A stretch of 63,467 nt of DNA, counting the filler, from Vannella sp. (Eukaryota), in assembly GCA_023345925.1 (NCBI GenBank). It is 7 parts of 7 records of this genome, joined end to end, with 100 filler letters (N's around TTAATTAATTAA, not from the genome) between each part and the next. Parts side by side here need not be neighbours in the genome. Positions count along the whole stretch, not along the records: positions 54,563 to 60,098 come from JAJQQN010000704.1; positions 60,199 to 63,467 come from JAJQQN010000306.1; 5 more parts are not named here. One strand, written 5' to 3'. The translations under genes were made by a program, and so were the position numbers. The notes under the pieces were generated by a model. It was not told the DNA's origin, made no database searches, and saw nothing but the letters and a program-made list of their open reading frames with translations. Of this stretch, positions 56,992 through 63,467 are shown piece after piece. The first letter of the stretch is position 1. Each line of letters begins with the position of its first letter.

Positions 56992-58260
56992 CTATTGAGC
57001 TTGTTCCTCGTCTGATTGGAACTCTTCTTCGGACGAGTACAAAGACTCTGAGGGTGCAGAGAAGGGGTGGGGCGTCCTGATGAAGCTATCAATAGTCTTG
57101 ACAGCTTTGATTCCGCGCTCCATGATGCTTATCACGCGGTCACTATTTGCTGGGAGGTGGGGCATGGGAAAATCGGGATTAATCCGAACCAGAGTAATGT
57201 CTGATCCAGGATTGGAGTAAAGAAGCTCTACGCGAAGGATGAGCATCTGCCAGAAAGGATCTTATGACTTACTTTCGCTTTCCATCCGTAAGGTGGGGAC
57301 GTTCGTCCCACATCCAATCTCCAGAATGACCATGCGTTTTCCTTTTGCACAATAGGCTTGCGCTAGATCCAACCAGAGATGGAACCTAGTGAAAGCCTCT
57401 CTGTCTCCCTCCCAATCATGGTCTTCAAACATGAGAACATTGGGCCGAGCCGGTCCTCTGCAGTTCCTGCATTTGGGAAATCCTCTCTCGAATCCAGTCT
57501 GAGACAGAGAAGTGGGTTGATCGTCAGCCAGCATGGTTTCCAGGTCTACTTGGAAGGAAAACTCTCTTGGGGCCGCCCAGAACTTGGCGGGAGCAGAAGA
57601 ACTTCTAACTGGAATGGCGAGAGGCACTTTGGCTCCGCAGGAATCCGGCTCAACGCATTGCCAATTCTCCAAAGATCCATGAACTTCATACATCTCTTTC
57701 TCTCTGAACCCTGCCTTCTTGGGATGGCTGTCAACGTTGGAAGAGAAGATAAAAAACGGAGAAACCTCGTGCTCCGGCAGTTCCAAAGTCTCTTCTCCTT
57801 CCACCGCCTGGCTTCTTCTCTTCTTGTTCGCTAGTTCGATTTGAGTGCGAAACAGCAATGCAAACTCATTCGGAAAGAAGTCAAGGGGCCTCACAAAGCT
57901 CTGCACGAAGAAGGAATCGCGCCAGTTTTGGATGATTCGGTAGCCTTGGTGGGGTTTCGTTGTTCGGTAGTCGTTCAAACACTTGCCCCAGAACCCGTAG
58001 AAGAGAGCAGGATGGTCCTTGACCCAGTGCGGATGGCAAAGATCATGGTAATCAAGGTTTAACTGCCGATAAGCAGGGACATCGGCAATATCTCTGTACA
58101 CAGCGAGCCCACTATCCGCAGAGAAGCCTGCCCCAATACTAAGCAGAAGGATATCAGCATTCCCTATCACTTCTGCTGCGCGTTGGCACTGCCAATCATA
58201 GTTCTCCCGCAACCAAACCCGCTGCCGCTCGCTCGGCTCCCCACTTGGCAAGTTTCCCAT
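56992..58260 (-). CDS. Sir2-family NAD+-dependent enzyme (bacterial-like clade)
   Basis: 'GAGFSADSG', 'SNVDSH', 'YEVHGS', Zn Cys pairs, 'RPNVLMF', 'LEIGCGTNVPTLR', 'LVRINP'. Confidence 0.85.
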
Positions 58261-58407
58261 TCCCGAATGAAAAGAAATGAATGTGAACCGCCCAAACAAC
58301 CTAAACAACCAAAAGAGGCCAAAAGGGAACGGAAAACTGGTTTCTTCTCGTCCTATGTGGGCTGTGTGGAGCTCCACTTTGTCTTAGTTAGGTTGGGTTA
58401 CGTTGCT

Positions 58408-60072
58408 TTACTTCTTTTGGTTGTTGATTTGGTCTTCGGTGACCCACAAGCCGTGAAAGCCGTGAGGAACTCGCTCTGGGAGGTCGACGACGGCTAACGG
58501 CTCAGCAGCCATGGTCTTGGCATCCATTACCCAGAATTCAGAAGAGTCTGAGAGTTCGTTGTAGACGAAGGTTAAAAGGTAGCCGTCATCTTCTGCCTTG
58601 CCATTCACTTTTGGAACAAAAACGCATTCTCCTCCGTACTTGCGGTTTCCGAAAGACACTCTCCCCAGGAGCTTGCGCTCGAGCAAATCGATCTTAAGGC
58701 AACTCTTAAATTGGCTTCCTTCCATCTCAGCGCAGTACGCGTAGCGGGGGCGATGGGTGATGAAGCCAGGATGGATAGTGGGAAACTCACAATGCAGAGG
58801 CTCTTCTCCTTCCTCCACTTCGAGAAGGGCGCTTTCACTGCATTCTCCAGTTTCCACATTCATGTGATACTCGTGAAGAATAGGGAGGAAGTCGTGGTCG
58901 GTCTCTTCGGTATCACCCGAATCGACCAAACGGATGCTCTTGCTCCTACAACCAATAAGAACCACCTCGTTGCCTTCTTCGTATGCTGAAACAGTGTGGA
59001 ATACATAACCACTTGGGAACTCGAACCATCTCATGTCTTGGACCGCATCTTTGCTGTGGCGAGGAAGAACACCAATCCGAGAGGGTTTTTCGGCTGCGAA
59101 ATTGAAGAGAAAGCCACCGCTGGCAAGTGCCTTCGGGTTGAGCTCAAGGGGATGGTCCATAAATACAGAGTATCTACTTGTGATGGCAAAGTCGTGCATC
59201 ATGACTGGATGCTCCAACCCAATGTCAATGGACGATTTGTACTCTCCAGTCGGTGAAACAATGCCATAGCTGCACCAGGGCTTCTTCTCGATATTGTAAC
59301 CGAAGAAAATCATCTCGTTTGTATCTGGGTCGTTCTTGGGGTGGGCTGTGAAGGAATGGGTCAATTTCCCTTCGTAAGTCATTCTCCCAACAACCTCCAA
59401 TTGTCCATCTCTAATGATCCTCAGTGCCATGGGAACATCTCCCTCCATCAGCGCCATCAACTTTCCATCAAAGTAGTGAACTGATGGTCTGAGTTAGCGG
59501 TCAGGCTTGGTGAGAAAGGGAACGTACGAGAAGTATTGGCAGTCCCGTCCTGCAAAGGAGTCCCAGCATAGCCTCCTCCCAAAGCCTTCTTGATGCCTTC
59601 GACCATGCTCTTCAAGAGGAAGATCCTCCCGTTCGCCTCCCCAAGTCGAGTGAACATTGGGCGCTTAAAGGTGTCTTCCACTGCCAAGCGGTACGTTCGG
59701 GTCCAACGGTTCAGATAGTTAACAGTGCCATCCTTGGTGATGCGAACCCCATGGATCATTCCATCGCCATCGAACCAATGATAGCCGCCTGGAAGGGTCC
59801 CTTTCAGTCGACCATCAGCGAGGAGAGGAAGGAAACTGACCCTTGGGGATGTACTTGGGGTTCGGACCATTGCGAACGTACTCTCCAATCAGATCGTCCG
59901 GGATCTTTCCACGGATATTACGTAAGTCGGACAGGAACACTTCCTTGTCCACGGGGCGGAAGCCTTTTTGCAAGTATCTTCCTCCGATCTCCCCCACCTG
60001 GAACCATCCTTGAACACTATCCAAGAGGTAGTCTACCGGGTAGAAACCCAACCGAACAAGAGCTTGGCCCAT
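58408..60072 (-). CDS. Carotenoid cleavage oxygenase (CCD/RPE65 family), multi-exon, possibly 5'-incomplete
   Basis: 'YVRNGPNP', 'HWFDGDGMIH' and the four Fe-ligand His in TAHPK, MMHDF, VFHT and GFHG. Confidence 0.9.
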
Positions 60073-60098
60073 CCTCCCTCCAACACTGGAAGACCGCG

Positions 60099-60198
60099 NN
60101 NNNNNNNNNNNNNNNNNNNNNNNNNNNNNNNNNNNNNNNNNNTTAATTAATTAANNNNNNNNNNNNNNNNNNNNNNNNNNNNNNNNNNNNNNNNNNNN
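60099..60198. other. Artificial contig linker
   Basis: N44-TTAATTAATTAA-N44. Confidence 0.97.
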
Positions 60199-63100
60199 GT
60201 GGATCCTCTGCTTGAGGATGAAACATCATCTTGAGAAGCAAGGCAGCTGAGATTCCCACATGTCCCTTCAAAAAGCCAAAGGACCGTATCAAAGGAGGGA
60301 GGCGATTGCGGAAGAGCGGTAGTAACTACGATAGATCCCACTCGTGGTCCAGGGACCAGAATGTTGTAGAAAACTGCACGAGAATTATGGTTGAACGCGT
60401 CACAAGGAGTGAGAGAGCGCGCATTTGTGGTTGAAAATGATGTGCGCCCCGGAGTGATTTCGCCTTCCGTCAGCAATTGGGCTGCGGTACATTGGGAGTT
60501 TGTTGGAGGTTGATTCTCTTTCACTTTAAGGCTTACCCTTCCAGCCTTATTCTCAACAGTACTAACTGCGATCATGAACTTGCTACCAATGGGCAAATCG
60601 GATTCTCGAGTGAGCGAAGCGCAACCTCCTGTCAATTGGTCCAAGAAGCATGTCCAGGAATTATTCACCAAAAGCCACACCGCCATGTCTGTCCGTAAGT
60701 CAGTGTTGGCATCACAGGTGCTGAATACTATTTGTGATGGGCTGATAGTCGACTCGTAGAACCCATACTCCGTTGAGTTCGTTTGCCCTCCACCGCATGA
60801 GGCTAAGTTCATTGGGGATGGGTTGGGTCGGCTGGGGTCGATGTAAAGAGGAAGAGGTTTGTTGTTAGTCATTGGTTCGAGCAGAGGATTTCGTCCCACA
60901 GGATCGAACTCTTCTGTGGAAAGAGAAAACTCTCTTGCAAAGGCTTCCTCATTCAAATATTCTAATGGAGAGTTGCCGTAAATCTTACGTTTTGCTTGAA
61001 CGCCAATGTCATTGACTGCCTGGACTGCAATGTAGAATGTCGATATCGCTGGATCTAGCTCTGGGCCGAAGAGACGAACTTCTCCCTTATTCAAGCAGGC
61101 AGAATTATCAGATGCTAAGCACACCAGTTGGTTGTTCAGCTCCCCGTAAACTGTTACTACGGTTTGGCCTTTGTTTGATAACTTATCACAAGTACTGAAG
61201 ACAAGCGTTTTGTTCAAATCCACTCTCGTGAATATGAACATCTGGATTGGTTGATACAGGAATTGAAATGGACACACAGGAAGGCCTGATCCGCTTAAGA
61301 ACCTCTTTCCAGTTGCAGAACCTGTCCAGGTTTGAGAATTGGATATAGGTATGGAGGAGGCAATGGGGAGTGGTTTCGGTCCTGCCAGTTCCTCGTAGTA
61401 GTAATCTGTGGGAAGCTCACGGACCATTACTTTAAATGGCAGTGGGATTCCAGGATTTGAAGGAGAAGTAAGAGAGACAAGAATTTCCATTCCCTTTGAC
61501 AGTTTTGGGTTGTTGGAGTTGACAAGTTTCCATCGGAGAAAGCTGAGTCTAAACTTGTAGGAGTCCCCTTCTACTGTTTGGGCTCCACTAGTTATCAGGA
61601 GAGGTTGTCCATTGAAATCAAATGTGTAGAGCTGAATAATTACGTTGCTCGCTCCTGAAAGATAGACACGAAGTTCTGGATATGAGTTCTTTAAGCGGTA
61701 TCTAAAGAAAGTGGCTCTTCCTCCAAACACAGCTTGAGGAAAGCCCAGTTCTGTCGCAGTAAAGAATGGTTGGCTAAAGTTCTGGAATTGGCCCACTTCC
61801 GTATTGTTAAGGAAAGGTGAGGAGTTGATGCGAGTGGTTATGTTGGTGAAGGGCCCTTCATGGATCTGAATCTCAATCGTGCTAGCCCTGCTTAGAAAAG
61901 CAATAAAGATCTCCTCCCCAACATCCAGTCTGACTTCAGATAAGAATATGGAAGGAGGTCGAGCGCAGATCAATGCACCGCATGTCCCGTTAAACACCAA
62001 AGCATACACTGGGAAATCTAAATTACTTGCAGCAGAGATAACTATTTGCTTTGAGCTGACTTGTTTGTAACGGAACATCACAGAAGGGATTCCATCGAGT
62101 AAAGGAACAGGGTATGAAGGAGAACAAATTCCGCTCAAGTCCAAGGTATTCTGGTTGGTCTTTGCAGTGTACACCAATCCAGTATGCAAGGATTGTGCCG
62201 TTAGACAAATATCCGTTTCATTTGTGTTTGGACGCTCTTCGATCTCGATTTCAAATGCAGTGACATCGCCATACCCATTTTGAGAATAGACAGCGATTAG
62301 GAGTACCGTGTCAGTGGGTAGGGTGGAAAGCGCATCAAGAGGATTTTCACCTCTCTTCTCTAAGCCGCGTTTCTTGTTGTAAATATAATTGGCTTGGAGT
62401 ATGCAAGTGGTATTGCATTCATTCAGAAGGTGAATCCCAAATGGAAATATCCCGAGTGCTGGTTTGTTGGATGAGAAAGTAAGAGAAAAGGTGCTGTTAC
62501 TGAACTGTTTTGTGTAAGAATACATCAGAGCTACACTGGGTAATGTGCAGTCAGCCAACGTTTCAGATCCCAATCGCCCAGAAAGCCGAAAATCTCCGAC
62601 CACCGGCAGATTAGCTGTCAAAGGAACTGCGTTTTGGCAGCGATCATTTGTATCAGCGACGGTACTAACAACCAAGCTGAAAGCTCCTCGATCTGAGATA
62701 TTTTGACCAGAAATGGCAACGAAAAGATCTGTAAGTTCTGTATCAGGAAGTCGCACAAGACCGCGGATACCAAAGCCGCATTTTCCAGGATAGAAATCAA
62801 GCGACAGGAGAAGACAAGTTGTCACTTCGCAAGTACCTACGAAAGCAGACACTTGGGTATTGAACTCAGTGACTGACGAACAAGTGCTTATCTCCGTCAG
62901 GCCTTTTCCAGCGTACTTAAAAAACAGGACAGATCCAAATCCCTCAGGAACACAAGGATGATCCTTGATTGGACCATAGAATTGCCTGTTTGTGTTGCCA
63001 TTCATTGGTACACCATTTTCAAGAGGCACAGCATCACCACAAGATTCGTTGTCTTCAAACTGAAGATTTTCTTCGATGAGGAGGGTGCCTGAGAGGAAAA

Positions 63101-63467
63101 TCGACGAAGTGTCTCGCGCTCCGCTAATGCAAAAAGGAAATACGATCAGTAAGCGATCCAAGTGAGTTAAGCCAGATAGAGTGAGGTTTCCATTTCGGAT
63201 TGGGGAACTTGCTTTCTCTGGACCTCCCAGTCGATCATAAAATAGATGAGCGTCCGTAATGGACCCATTAATTGTAAGTTCAACTTGTTGGAAGCTAAGG
63301 TGAGGGCTGAATACAAACACGACCAAGCCGGTAAGAAAATCATAATTGGCACAAACATTTGGAAAGGCATCTGTAAAAGTCTGGTCAGAAGCTGAAGCGC
63401 CAGCCAATTGTACAATCTCCCCAGACTGGATGGGCATTGCCATTTCGCTCAATGAAGGCTGATTGAC
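60199..63467 (-). CDS. Internal part of a large extracellular-type protein with repeated Cys-containing beta-sandwich modules
   Basis: Frame open across the whole contig; recurring 'N..C..A.PL', 'STC' and 'FDT.L..F.GTCG.L.CLAS.DD' units; many N-x-S/T sites. Confidence 0.7.

Overview
Eukaryotic nuclear DNA from a very gene-dense protist. The gene set (ELMO, SepA/Cdc15-type kinases, F-BAR-SH3, cathepsin D, RCC1 repeats) is compatible with a free-living amoebozoan, but that assignment is inference. Introns are short GT-AG (about 30-60 nt) and intergenic gaps are often under 100 bp. The window is seven contigs joined by artificial 100-bp N44-TTAATTAATTAA-N44 linkers, so gene order across the linkers is meaningless. 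Most genes are ordinary: EI24-like, ARMH3, two kinase-PH paralogues, tRNA-Val(CAC), ELP4, RsfS-like, RhoGEF, F-BAR-SH3, Sec16, M3 oligopeptidase, ELMO, NAT16-like, SCaMC, cathepsin D, PTP, ASCC3, dUTPase, ADAL, CE2 esterase, sirtuin and a carotenoid oxygenase. The most notable items are: (1) an intact, intronless Crinkler/RHS-type P-loop NTPase + restriction-endonuclease-fold gene with a mitochondrial-type presequence, sitting between a broken MUTYH 5' half and a broken MFS fragment; (2) an intron-containing, apparently mitochondrion-targeted bacterial-type NAD+-dependent DNA ligase packed between dUTPase and ADAL; (3) a contig-spanning intronless ORF of more than 2,400 codons with four vWA/MIDAS domains; (4) a protein combining a CCT/NF-YA-like basic motif with three WH2/thymosin-like motifs. 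Several abrupt gene junctions and frameshifts may be assembly or amplification artefacts. All family calls come from motif recognition by eye, with no database searches.
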